The position numbers were made by a program, and so were the translations under genes. A stretch of DNA of 64,000 bases from an uncultured bacterium (GTDB lineage Bacteria > Krumholzibacteriota > Krumholzibacteriia > Krumholzibacteriales > Krumholzibacteriaceae), in the NCBI GenBank assembly GCA_963813815.1, contig CAWFAD010000011.1, positions 160,001 through 224,000 of the forward strand, read 5' to 3'. Each line of letters begins with the position of its first letter. Position 1 is the first letter of the stretch. Below are positions 10,949 through 20,435 of the stretch, piece by piece. A model generated the notes under the pieces. The model was not told the origin of the DNA. It did not search any database and was given only the letters and a program-made list of their open reading frames with translations.

Positions 10949-12640
10949 ATGTTGATCGAGCTGCGCATTCGCAATCTCGCCGTCGTCGAGGACGCCGTCA
11001 TACGGTTCGGTCCGGGTCTCAACGCCATGACGGGATCCACGGGGGCGGGCAAATCGATCATTCTCTCGGCGGTCGAGCTGCTTTCGGGAGGACGCGCCCG
11101 GCGATCGCTCATCCGCAAGGGGGCCGCCTCGCTCGAGGTCGAGGGAGTGTTCGAGATACCGCCGGGAGAGGCGATTCGCGAATCCCTCGGCATGTCCCCG
11201 GGAGAGCGGGAGATTTCGATCCGGCGGGAGGTCGCCTCGGACGGCAGGAACCGGCTCTGGATCAACGGCATGAACGCCACGGTGGCGGCGGCGCAGGAAA
11301 CATCCGCCGCCCTCCTCGAGCTTCACGGGCAGCACCGTCAGCAGGAGTTTCTCGATCAAGAAACGCACATCGTCTATCTCGACTCGCGCGGAGACTACGG
11401 CGGTCTCCTCGACGCCTGCATGCGGGAGATCGAACGCTACGTCGGGCTTTCGCGCCGCCTCGCGGCGCTCGAGGAGGGGCGCGAGGAGCACCGGCGCCAG
11501 GAGGAGTTCCTGCGTTTTCAGCTGCGGGAGCTCGAGGCTCTTCGGCTCGAAGCGGGGCTCGATCGCGATCTCGAGGGGCGGATTCAGCGCCTCACCCACC
11601 GGCAGAGCTACGTCGGGGCGCTCGATGAGGCGCTCGAGCTCCTCGAGGGCGAGGGATCCTCGGCGATCGACCGCCTCGCGCGCGCCGCGCGCTGCCTCGA
11701 AACGCTCGCGGGGATCGATCCGGCGTGGCGGGAGAGCGCTTCCGAGCTCGCCGCCGCGCGTGTTTCGCTTCAAGAGGTCGGGCGCAAAATGGCGAGAGAG
11801 AGAAGCGGAGCGGAAGACTCGGGGGAGGATCTCGAGAGCCTGCAGGAGCGTCTCGCCGGCATCCAGCGGGCTTCGCGCAAGCACGGACTCCCGCTCGACG
11901 GGCTCATCGCGCGTCGCGAGGAGATCCGGGGCATCCTCGCCACTCTCGACGGCGGCTCGGCCGAGATCGAGGAAGCCCGTGCGGAGCGCGAGGGATCGAG
12001 ACGCAAGCTCGAGCCCCTCGTCCTCGATCTCCGTCGAAAGCGAATCGCCGCCGCGGCGTCCCTCGACCGTCTCGTGACGGCGGAGCTCGCGAAGCTCGGC
12101 ATGTCGGGGGCGCTTTTCGAGACGCGCGTCTCGCCGCTCGAAAATAGTGCTTTCCAAGACCCGTCACTTGAAATACATTTGTCTCCGAGAGGCGGCGACC
12201 GGGTCGAATTCATGATCCGAACGAACGTCGGCGAGGAGATGCATCAGCTCGCGGACGTCGTATCGGGAGGAGAACTCTCCCGGATCTCGCTCGTTCTCAA
12301 AAAACTGCAAGCCGAAGGTCGGAACATACCGACCCTCATATTCGACGAGATAGACGCCGGCCTCGGCGCGGATCTCGGTGGAGTCGTCGCGGAGCGGCTC
12401 GCGGAGCTCGCCCGGAAGTACCAGATCGTCTGCATCACGCATCTCCCGCAGGCGGCGGCACGGGCGGCGACGCACATCCGGGTCAGCAAGCGGGTGAGTG
12501 GCGGCAGGACGGTCGCGTCCGCCGCGCAGCTCTCGGGACCGGATCGGATCGCGGAGATCGCGCGCATGCTCGGCGGAGACGGGGACCTCCGAAGGGAGCT
12601 CGCCCAGGAGTTGCTCGGAAAGAAATCAGCGCGCCCGTAG
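10949..12640 (+). CDS. recN: DNA repair protein RecN
   Basis: TGSTGAGKS Walker A, SGGELSR signature, LIFDEIDAG, CITHLPQ. Confidence 0.95.
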   Translation: MLIELRIRNLAVVEDAVIRFGPGLNAMTGSTGAGKSIILSAVELLSGGRARRSLIRKGAASLEVEGVFEIPPGEAIRESLGMSPGEREISIRREVASDGRNRLWINGMNATVAAAQETSAALLELHGQHRQQEFLDQETHIVYLDSRGDYGGLLDACMREIERYVGLSRRLAALEEGREEHRRQEEFLRFQLRELEALRLEAGLDRDLEGRIQRLTHRQSYVGALDEALELLEGEGSSAIDRLARAARCLETLAGIDPAWRESASELAAARVSLQEVGRKMARERSGAEDSGEDLESLQERLAGIQRASRKHGLPLDGLIARREEIRGILATLDGGSAEIEEARAEREGSRRKLEPLVLDLRRKRIAAAASLDRLVTAELAKLGMSGALFETRVSPLENSAFQDPSLEIHLSPRGGDRVEFMIRTNVGEEMHQLADVVSGGELSRISLVLKKLQAEGRNIPTLIFDEIDAGLGADLGGVVAERLAELARKYQIVCITHLPQAAARAATHIRVSKRVSGGRTVASAAQLSGPDRIAEIARMLGGDGDLRRELAQELLGKKSARP

Positions 12641-12706
12641 CTCAGCGGATAGAGCACCAGCCTCCGGAGCTGGGTGCCAGAGGTTCAAATCCTCTCGGGC
12701 GCGCCA
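12631..12706 (+). tRNA. tRNA-Arg(CCG)
   Basis: Cloverleaf GCGCCCG...CGGGCGC G CCA; anticodon arm CCAGC-CTCCGGA-GCTGG; GGTTCAAATCC T-arm. Confidence 0.97.
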
Positions 12707-12742
12707 ATTTTAAAACCTCCGCCCACGGCGGCGAAACGTTCC

Positions 12743-14401
12743 ATGAGACGCCTCTGCTGTTTTCTCCTGCTCGCGTTCCTGCAGGTCCCGTTCGGGCGGG
12801 TTCGCGGCGGCGATTCCGACGGAGCGGTCGCCGACCGCGACTCGATCGAATCGGTCGTGCGGTGGCTCACGACGGATCCCTCGTCGGGCGAGCTTCGCAC
12901 GCGGTTCGTCCTGCGGGAAGAGCCGCTCGCCATGGTCGCCGACTCGCTCGCCTCGCGCCTTTCGCGCGCCACGGGAAATCCGGCGCGCATCATGGAGTTC
13001 TCCTTCGACAGGCAGTACGACGCGCCCGACAGCACCTACCGGGCCGAGAACATCGTGGCGCTGCTCCCCGGAACGGGAGAAGTCTCGGGCGCCTTCGTCG
13101 TATCGGCGCACTTCGACGCCATCGCGTCGAGGACGGTCGGCTGGACCGAGAATTGGGAGTCGTGGCCGGCGCCCGGCGCGGACGACGACGCCACGGGAGT
13201 GGCGGCGGTGCTGGAGGTGGCGCGCGAGTTCGGCGAGAGAGCTGAAGCGCTCCCGTTCGATCTCCTCTTTGTGCTCTTTTCCGGCGAGGAGTTCGATCGC
13301 CTCGGCAGCATCGATTTCGTCGCGCGCCTGCCGGAGGCCTACGGGGAGCGCGTCATCGGCGCGATCAACTTCGACATGCTCGGGTACCGGCCCGGCGCTT
13401 CTCCGGCCGCGAGCCTGCTCTCCAATCCGGCGTCGGGATGGCTTTCGGACTGCATCGTGGATCACGCCCGTTTCGCGCCCGAGGGGCTGCCGCTCGAGGT
13501 GTCCGTGCTCGGTCCGACGGTTTCGGATCACCAGTCCTTTTGGGAGGCCGGCATACCGGCGGTGACGATCATGGAGCCGCTTCTCGACGGTCGCGTGGCG
13601 TATCCGTACTACCATTCGGTCCTCGATACCCTCGGCCGCGTCGATATCGAGCAGACCGGCCGCATCGTCGACCTCGCCGTGGGCTTCCTCGATAGCCTCG
13701 GGGCGGCTCCCGCGGAGATCGCGATGCTTCCGTCCGACCTCCTTTTGTATTTCCGGGGATATCCGACGACTCGCAGGGTTTTCACGGCGGGGGACACGCT
13801 CGAAGTGGTCGTGCGCGCGAGAAACGTCGGATCGGCCGCGCCTCCCCCGGGGAGCACGGCGCGGGTCGCTCTTTCCCTGCAAACGAGCGCGGGTTCGAGC
13901 CTGCTGCATGAGAGCGCGACGGCGGCCCCCGGGGCCCTCGAGAGCGCGGATGTCGTCGTGACGCTCGCTCTCGGCCCCGAACACGCGGGGGCGAACGTGC
14001 TGCGCTCGTCGATCGGCGTTCTCGGCATGGAGAACGACGAGCTGAACGACGCGACCTCGCTCCAGTTCGCCGTGGAGAGCGCCGGCCAGGCCGTCCTCAT
14101 GCATTCGATGCAGCCGAATCCGATGCAGGGACCGTTCGCCGCGGGCTCGTTTTGTATGAATCTCGCTCGGGCCGTCGACGCCCATCTCGAGATCTTCACG
14201 CTGGAAGGGGAGCGGCTCGAGGCGGCCTACCTCGGGGAGAGGTGGGGAACGCCGCTCTCGGCCGGGCTCGTTTGCGTGCCGCTCGGAGGCCTATTCCCGG
14301 GCGTCGACGAGCTCGCCTCGGGAATCTATCTCTACCGCCTCGTCGTTTTCGACGGAGCCGCTCAAACGATGCTCAACGGCCGCTTCGCGATCGAGCGTTG
14401 A
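12743..14401 (+). CDS. Secreted M28 family aminopeptidase with C-terminal FlgD/T9SS-like domain
   Basis: Signal peptide; SAHFD, GADDDATG, FSGEE, NFDM, SDH, YYHS motifs; C-terminal QPNP...LEIFTLEG...LASGIYLYRL. Confidence 0.85.
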   Translation: MRRLCCFLLLAFLQVPFGRVRGGDSDGAVADRDSIESVVRWLTTDPSSGELRTRFVLREEPLAMVADSLASRLSRATGNPARIMEFSFDRQYDAPDSTYRAENIVALLPGTGEVSGAFVVSAHFDAIASRTVGWTENWESWPAPGADDDATGVAAVLEVAREFGERAEALPFDLLFVLFSGEEFDRLGSIDFVARLPEAYGERVIGAINFDMLGYRPGASPAASLLSNPASGWLSDCIVDHARFAPEGLPLEVSVLGPTVSDHQSFWEAGIPAVTIMEPLLDGRVAYPYYHSVLDTLGRVDIEQTGRIVDLAVGFLDSLGAAPAEIAMLPSDLLLYFRGYPTTRRVFTAGDTLEVVVRARNVGSAAPPPGSTARVALSLQTSAGSSLLHESATAAPGALESADVVVTLALGPEHAGANVLRSSIGVLGMENDELNDATSLQFAVESAGQAVLMHSMQPNPMQGPFAAGSFCMNLARAVDAHLEIFTLEGERLEAAYLGERWGTPLSAGLVCVPLGGLFPGVDELASGIYLYRLVVFDGAAQTMLNGRFAIER

Positions 14402-14416
14402 GAGAGGGGAGCGCCG

Positions 14417-14734
14417 GTGATACGGATCATGGGTCAGGCGCCTCGACCGCGGCGAAGGGGTTTCTCCCCCGGGAAACGGCCGCCGGGCGAGAAGGAGTAT
14501 TATTACTCGCTCGGCGCCATTATCCTGGTGAAAATCGTCCTCTTCGTTTTTCTCTGGGTCCTTTTTGCCTCTTCGATCCGTGTCATGCGGACGAGCTTCC
14601 GGGGGATCTCGCAGACGTGGCGGTTCGCGTTCCCGGTATTCATCGGCGCCGTCGCCCTCTATATTGGTTATCATATCGTAAAGAGTATCAAAGAGATAAT
14701 GCGGCGCCCGAAAGGCCCTTCGCTGAAGCCCTGA
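14417..14734 (+). CDS. Small two-TM hypothetical membrane protein
   Basis: Two hydrophobic helices, GAGGGG RBS, fills gap between genes. Confidence 0.55.
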   Translation: MIRIMGQAPRPRRRGFSPGKRPPGEKEYYYSLGAIILVKIVLFVFLWVLFASSIRVMRTSFRGISQTWRFAFPVFIGAVALYIGYHIVKSIKEIMRRPKGPSLKP

Positions 14735-14803
14735 CGCCGCGCCCGCCAGACCCCGCAACCAGCGCTCCCTATCGCGCAATTTCAATAAAATAAATGTGTT
14801 TCG

Positions 14804-14819
14804 TGGCATGCCTCTTGCA
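14804..14819 (+). promoter_or_regulatory. Sigma54 (-24/-12) promoter upstream of diguanylate cyclase
   Basis: TGGCATGCCTCTTGCA: GG-N10-GC, near consensus TGGCAC-N5-TTGCA; AT-rich tract just upstream. Confidence 0.75.
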
Positions 14820-14851
14820 ATTTTGCCACTATTTTGGGAGGACCTGGATCT

Positions 14852-15904
14852 ATGCCGAGGACCTTGGACGAAAGAGACGTTCTCTTCAAGACCTTCACCG
14901 AGATCGCGAGCCTCATCAGCTCGGGGAAGGACAACCGGATCATTTTCCAAAAAATCCTCGACAATGCGCTCGCGATCCTTCCCTCGCGAAAGGTATACCT
15001 CATTCTGCTCGATAACCACCGCATCGTGAAGTACACCGGCCAGACGCAGGAGCGCGGGAAGAAGGTGACGGTCGAGGATCTGCCGGAATCGGCCGGAATC
15101 GTCAACTGGCTGCAGCGCGAATACGAAGAATCCAAAACGGCCGAGAAGATATTTTCCCTCGATCTCTCCATTCTCGCCAATGAGTTTCTGCGCGACGACG
15201 ACGCATCGAGCACGGTCATCTCGGCGCCCCTCATGGCGAAAAACTCGCTCTTCGGCATCATCCTCGCGCTGAACGATCCGTCGCAGAGGCGATTCAACGA
15301 CGAGGATATTCACCTCCTGACCGTTATGGCGAACCACGCCGCCATCGCGTTCGAGAACTACCTGCTCTACAAGAAGCTCGAGATGGAGTCGATCACCGAC
15401 GGGCTCACGGGGATATACAACTACCGTTTTCTCATCCGTTCCCTGCATCTCGAGATCAAGCGGGCGCGCCGGTTCCACTATCAGTTTTCGTACCTCATGA
15501 TCGACGTCGACAATCTCAAGGAGTACAACGACCGCAACGGACATCTTTCGGGGAGCCGCGCCCTGCGGGAGATCGCCGGAGTCATCACGCAGAGCTGCCG
15601 CGAAATCGATCTCGTCGCGAAATACGGCGGCGACGAGTTCGCCCTGCTGCTGCCGCAAACGGGGCTCGACGGGGCGATTCGCCTCGGCGACCGCATCCTG
15701 AGGGCGGTCCGGAGGTTCCGCTTCGACGGAAAGCGGGCGGGGCTCCTGACGTGCAGCGTGGGGATCGCGGTCTATCCCGACGACGCGAGAACCGTCGAGA
15801 CCATCATCGAACGGGCCGACGCCGCCCTGTACGCCGCCAAATCCCGCGGAAAGAACGGAATCGCGAGCTGCAGCGAGCTCGACAGCGCCACCCCGCCCTC
15901 CTGA
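14852..15904 (+). CDS. GAF-GGDEF diguanylate cyclase
   Basis: TDGLTGIYN, DVDNLKEYNDRNGH, REID I-site, YGGDEF. Confidence 0.93.
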   Translation: MPRTLDERDVLFKTFTEIASLISSGKDNRIIFQKILDNALAILPSRKVYLILLDNHRIVKYTGQTQERGKKVTVEDLPESAGIVNWLQREYEESKTAEKIFSLDLSILANEFLRDDDASSTVISAPLMAKNSLFGIILALNDPSQRRFNDEDIHLLTVMANHAAIAFENYLLYKKLEMESITDGLTGIYNYRFLIRSLHLEIKRARRFHYQFSYLMIDVDNLKEYNDRNGHLSGSRALREIAGVITQSCREIDLVAKYGGDEFALLLPQTGLDGAIRLGDRILRAVRRFRFDGKRAGLLTCSVGIAVYPDDARTVETIIERADAALYAAKSRGKNGIASCSELDSATPPS

Positions 15905-16024
15905 TTCTCTTGCGAAGCGGGGCCCCGCGCTATAGTATTACACAGTCATCGTCAGCGAAAGCAATCGGGATGCCGCACCGGCCGCGTCCCGAACGTTCAT
16001 CGAAGCAGAACGCGAGGAGTGTGC

Positions 16025-16957
16025 ATGGCGCGGTATCTCGTGACCGGCGGCGCCGGATTCATCGGGTCGAATATCGCCGAGGAGCTCGTGAATCGTGGGG
16101 AGGAGGTCGTCATCCTGGACGATCTCTCCACGGGCTCGGAAAGGAATATCGCCTCCTTCCGCGACCGCGTCACGTTCATCCGCGGCGACGTTCGAGACGC
16201 CGCGACGGTGAGAGGCGCCCTCGCAGGAGTGGACTACGTGCTCCATCAGGCGGCGCTCGCCTCGGTCCCGCGAAGCATCGAGGAGCCGCTGCTCGTCACC
16301 GACGTCAATACGCGCGGGACCCTCGTCGTGCTCGACGAAGCGCGTCTGGCGGGAGTGAAGCGCGTTGTGTACGCCGCTTCGAGCTCCGCCTACGGAGACT
16401 CCGAGAGCCTTCCCAAGATCGAAACGATGCCCGCTCTTCCGCTGTCTCCGTACGCGGCGAGCAAGCTCATGGGCGAGTACTACTGCTCGGTCTACGCCCG
16501 CGTGTACGGCCTTTCGACGGTGTCGCTGAGATACTTCAATATTTTCGGGCCGCGCCAGGATCCCCGGAGCCAGTACTCCGCCGTTATTCCCATATTCGCC
16601 ACGCACCTCATCGCCGGCACGCCGCCGACGATCTTCGGGGACGGCGAGCAGAGCAGGGACTTCACCTACATCGAGAACGTGGTCGACGCCAACATACGCG
16701 CCTCCCGGTGCGAAGAAGCCCGGGGACAGGTCGTCAACGTCGCCTGCGGAGAGCGGTACACGTTGAACGAGCTCTTCCGGGTCATGTCCGGCATCATCGG
16801 CGGTTCGGTGAAGCCGCGCTATGCGCCGCCGCGCGCGGGGGACGTAAAGCACTCGCAGGCGGACATTGCGGCCGCCGGGCGCCTTTTCGGATACGGAGTC
16901 CGGGTGCCTTTCGGCGAGGGAATCGAGCGTACGCTCGCGTGGTACCAGAGGGCGTAG
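16025..16957 (+). CDS. NAD-dependent epimerase/dehydratase (UDP-sugar 4-epimerase-like SDR)
   Basis: TGGAGFIGS, YAASK, LRYFNIFGPRQDP. Confidence 0.92.
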   Translation: MARYLVTGGAGFIGSNIAEELVNRGEEVVILDDLSTGSERNIASFRDRVTFIRGDVRDAATVRGALAGVDYVLHQAALASVPRSIEEPLLVTDVNTRGTLVVLDEARLAGVKRVVYAASSSAYGDSESLPKIETMPALPLSPYAASKLMGEYYCSVYARVYGLSTVSLRYFNIFGPRQDPRSQYSAVIPIFATHLIAGTPPTIFGDGEQSRDFTYIENVVDANIRASRCEEARGQVVNVACGERYTLNELFRVMSGIIGGSVKPRYAPPRAGDVKHSQADIAAAGRLFGYGVRVPFGEGIERTLAWYQRA

Positions 16958-17034
16958 CGGGGGCCTTTTTGCTTTACAGGCTGAGCTTCGACCGGGTACG
17001 ATACGGCCGGGCACGGTGAAAGGCGGAATCCTCC

Positions 17035-17982
17035 GTGAATCAATCGAAGATCATCGTTTGGCTGGCGATCGTCGCCTCCACGCTCCTCGCCTCGGGATGG
17101 GGAGCCGCGCAAGATATCCGGCTGCGTCCGGGCGACACCGTTCGCCTCGAGGTTCCGCAGCGCGAAGACCTCACGAGACTCCTCGACCTCGACGCGCGGG
17201 GCATGGTGAACCTGCCGATCGTGGGCCAGATCGCCCTCGGGGGCCTCACGATCGAGGAGGCGCGCGGCCTGCTGCTGCGCTCGCTCCAGGAGCTCTACCC
17301 GAGCGTCAGGTCGGTCGGGCTTTCGCTCATCGGCGGAGAGGCGCGCACGTTCATCTACGTTCAGGGCCAAGTCGCCCGCCCGGACAAGTACGACCTCTCG
17401 CTCGCTTCCAACCTTTGGGACGCCATCCGGGAGGCGGGCGGGACGACGGCGGCCGCGTCCCTCGATGCCGTGCGCCTCATACGCGTGGAGCGGGACAGCA
17501 CGACGACGACGGTCGTGGACGTTCAGCGGGCCCTCGACGCGGGAGATCTCTCATCGCTCCCGCCCCTGCGGCCCGGGGATACCGTCATCGTGCCGGAGCG
17601 CGGCGTCGCGGCGCAGGCGGCCTCCGGATCGGTGCTCGTCGTCGGGGCCGTCGCGGCGCCGGCGCCGTACCGTCTCGGCGAGGGGAAACGGGTCGTCGAC
17701 GCGATACTCGCGGCGGGAGGATGGACGGAAAACGCCTCACTCGGAAAGGTCACGATCATCCGGCCGCTCGCGCGGGGGGGATCGCGGACCACGAAGGTCG
17801 ACGTCGGGAAATACCTCAAGACGGGGGACGCGCGGCACAACCCGGTCGTGCTCGCGGGCGATACGGTGAGCGTGCCGCGGAAGAGCTCGCTCATCGGGTT
17901 TTTCTTGAATCCCGCGTTCATCATCGGCCTCATCACGACGAGCGCCACCTTGATCACCATCATCATCACTACTCAAGAATAG
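17035..17982 (+). CDS. Polysaccharide export protein (Wza-like, SLBB domains)
   Basis: LRPGDTV repeats, GMVNLPIVGQI poly_export motif, AGG SLBB motifs, C-terminal hydrophobic helix. Confidence 0.85.
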   Translation: MNQSKIIVWLAIVASTLLASGWGAAQDIRLRPGDTVRLEVPQREDLTRLLDLDARGMVNLPIVGQIALGGLTIEEARGLLLRSLQELYPSVRSVGLSLIGGEARTFIYVQGQVARPDKYDLSLASNLWDAIREAGGTTAAASLDAVRLIRVERDSTTTTVVDVQRALDAGDLSSLPPLRPGDTVIVPERGVAAQAASGSVLVVGAVAAPAPYRLGEGKRVVDAILAAGGWTENASLGKVTIIRPLARGGSRTTKVDVGKYLKTGDARHNPVVLAGDTVSVPRKSSLIGFFLNPAFIIGLITTSATLITIIITTQE

Positions 17983-17991
17983 GAAGAAGCC

Positions 17992-19677
17992 GTGGAGCAG
18001 GTCAGAAAAGTGGTTCCCGAGGTCGAACCGGGCCGCGCCAACCTGCGATCCTACTGGAAGGTATTTTGGCGGAAAAAATTCTATCTCGTCGTGCCGCTCG
18101 TCCTCTCGTCGGCGATCGCCGTGGCGGGCGTACGGCGCCTGACCCCGATTTACGAATCCCGCACGATGATCGCCATTGAGGACAAGAACATTCTCGCCCC
18201 CACGATGGAGCGCTTCGTTCAGCCTTCGACCGACAACCGCGACCAGCTCCGAACGCAGCGGTACCGGGCGATGATCGAGACGAGGGTCAAGAGCAGCGAT
18301 TTCCTTCGCCTCATCGTCGAGGATCTCGGCATCGATCGCTCGCCCGAGGTGCGGCGCCGCGTCTCATCGGCCATGGGCCAGGAGATGCAGGGCATCCCGC
18401 TCGACGATCTCGTGATGCGATACCTCGTCGGCGTACTCAAGAAAAAGATCGACGTGCAAAACCCCATGGGGGATTTTTTCACCGTCGGCGTGAACGACAG
18501 CGATCCGGCGACCGCGTTCGTTCTCGCCGGCAAGATCGCCGAAAAGTTCATCGAGGTCACGCGGCAGGACCAGATTCAGGGCGTTCGTCAGGCGGGAGCC
18601 TTCAGCGACGAGCAGCTCGCCATTTACAAAGACAAGCTCGACGCATCCGAGAAAGAGCTGTCCCGCGTGAAACGCGAGATGGCCTCGGCCGAGGTCGAGA
18701 GCAATCCGGTGGACGCCGCGAATATCCATTACGCGCAGGCGCTCAAGCAGACGGCGAAGGCGGAGGCGGATCGGAGCGTCATTGCCTATCGCCGCGTGCG
18801 CGAGAGGCTCCTCGGCCTCACGAGCCTCGTGCCGACCTCCGATCGCATCACGCAGGACGAGACGATCCGAACCCTCGAGAGCAATCTCGCCGGCTACGGA
18901 GAGGAGAAGCTGCTGCGCGATCTCACGGGCGGCGAGCAGACGGAGATGCCGGTGGACCGGTACGAGAGCGCGGCCGCGGCGCTGCGCGCCCGCATCGCGC
19001 AACTCGTCGGAATCGAGTACGCCTCGGCCTCCGCGGAGCTGCATCCGCTCATCATCGAGTACTATTACCAGCGCGCGCTGAGCGAGTATTTCGCCTCCGT
19101 CGACCGGAAGCTCCAAAGCTATCTCGATCAGTATGCGAACAGCTACGCGCGCCGGCCCGCTCTCGAGCGGGAGTACAACCGGCTCGCGCAGGAGGTCGAG
19201 ACGAGCCGCGCCATATACAAGGTGTTTCTCGACTCGAAGACTTCGGCTCGGGTCACCGAGGCCGTCCAATCGACCAATCTCGGTCTCAGCATGACGATCA
19301 TCGAGCGCGCCGAGAAGCCGCTCCAACCCGTGCGGCCCGAACCGCTCAAGATCATCCTGATATCGGTGATCTTCGGAGTCGCCTGCGGCATCGGCGCGAT
19401 TCTCATCACCGAGTATCTCGACGATTCCTTCCGATCGGTCGACGAGGTGGAGCGGGAGCTCAAGGTATCTGTTCTCGGCACGGTTCCGAAGATGGTGGAG
19501 GGCTTTTCGTGGGAGCGGAGGAGGAGGGGCATCGTCATCCTGTCGTGGCTCGTCGGGATCGTCCTCTTCGCCGCGATCATGTCGGCGTCTCTCTTTTTCT
19601 ACGCCAACTCTCTGAAATCGAGCGGCCTCGGTGTCGAGCTCGTCGATGAACGTGCGCAAACGGAGGACCTGCGATGA
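17992..19677 (+). CDS. Wzz/Wzc(GumC)-like polysaccharide co-polymerase
   Basis: N-terminal TM, long coiled coils, IIERAEKPLQPVRP-TM, YLDDSFRSVDEVE. Confidence 0.85.
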   Translation: MEQVRKVVPEVEPGRANLRSYWKVFWRKKFYLVVPLVLSSAIAVAGVRRLTPIYESRTMIAIEDKNILAPTMERFVQPSTDNRDQLRTQRYRAMIETRVKSSDFLRLIVEDLGIDRSPEVRRRVSSAMGQEMQGIPLDDLVMRYLVGVLKKKIDVQNPMGDFFTVGVNDSDPATAFVLAGKIAEKFIEVTRQDQIQGVRQAGAFSDEQLAIYKDKLDASEKELSRVKREMASAEVESNPVDAANIHYAQALKQTAKAEADRSVIAYRRVRERLLGLTSLVPTSDRITQDETIRTLESNLAGYGEEKLLRDLTGGEQTEMPVDRYESAAAALRARIAQLVGIEYASASAELHPLIIEYYYQRALSEYFASVDRKLQSYLDQYANSYARRPALEREYNRLAQEVETSRAIYKVFLDSKTSARVTEAVQSTNLGLSMTIIERAEKPLQPVRPEPLKIILISVIFGVACGIGAILITEYLDDSFRSVDEVERELKVSVLGTVPKMVEGFSWERRRRGIVILSWLVGIVLFAAIMSASLFFYANSLKSSGLGVELVDERAQTEDLR

Positions 19678-20435
19678 GCGAAGCCGGGAGCAGAAACATC
19701 TACGACGTGTTCGATCAGGAGAGCCCCATGGCGACGGAGATGCGCAGGCTCTACTCGAACATCCGCCATCGGCAGGGGCGGCCCGACATGAGGAGCTTCC
19801 TCATAACGAGCGCGCACCGGGGCGAGGGAAAGAGCACGATCGCCTCGCATCTCGCTCTGACCGTCGCGCGATTCAAGGGGAAGAAGTCGCTCATCGTGGA
19901 CGCGGATCTGCGCCGTCCGCGGCTGCACGACATCTTCTCGGTGCCGCGCGAGCCGGGTCTCATCGAGTGTCTCCAGGGCAAGATCGATCCGCTCGCGGCG
20001 GTCAAGGATACGGCGGTGGAAAATCTCAAGGTGATTCCGGCCGGCGCGGCCACGGAATCGCCGGCGCACCTCTTCGAGGGAGAAATACTATCGGAGATCT
20101 TCAAGAAGATCCGCTTCTACTACGACATCGTGATCGTCGACTGCGCGCCCGTCATTCCGGTGAGCGATCCGATGCTCATCGCGAGCGAGGTGGACGGGGT
20201 CATTCTCGTGCTGCTCGCCGGAAAGACCCCTCGGAACGTGGCGCTTCGCGCCTGCGATATCCTGCGGGACGCCGAAGCGAACATCCTCGGCGTCGTGGTC
20301 AACAACCTCGCGGAGGTTCTGCCGTACTACTACGATTACAAGTACTACGGATATCGCGAGCAGGAGGGCGGCAGGGGATATTCGCATTCCGGAGAGAGAT
20401 CTCCCGCGGACGGCGGACCGGGAGGTGCGCCGTGA
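19674..20435 (+). CDS. CpsD/CapB family BY tyrosine kinase
   Basis: TSAHRGEGKST Walker A, VDADLRRP, IVDCAP, C-terminal tyrosine cluster YYYDYKYYGY. Confidence 0.92.
   Translation: MSEAGSRNIYDVFDQESPMATEMRRLYSNIRHRQGRPDMRSFLITSAHRGEGKSTIASHLALTVARFKGKKSLIVDADLRRPRLHDIFSVPREPGLIECLQGKIDPLAAVKDTAVENLKVIPAGAATESPAHLFEGEILSEIFKKIRFYYDIVIVDCAPVIPVSDPMLIASEVDGVILVLLAGKTPRNVALRACDILRDAEANILGVVVNNLAEVLPYYYDYKYYGYREQEGGRGYSHSGERSPADGGPGGAP

Noticed and set aside
17008..17025. GGCACG upstream of the wza-like gene as a sigma54 promoter
   Set aside because: GG-N10 is followed by GG, not GC; spacing is wrong
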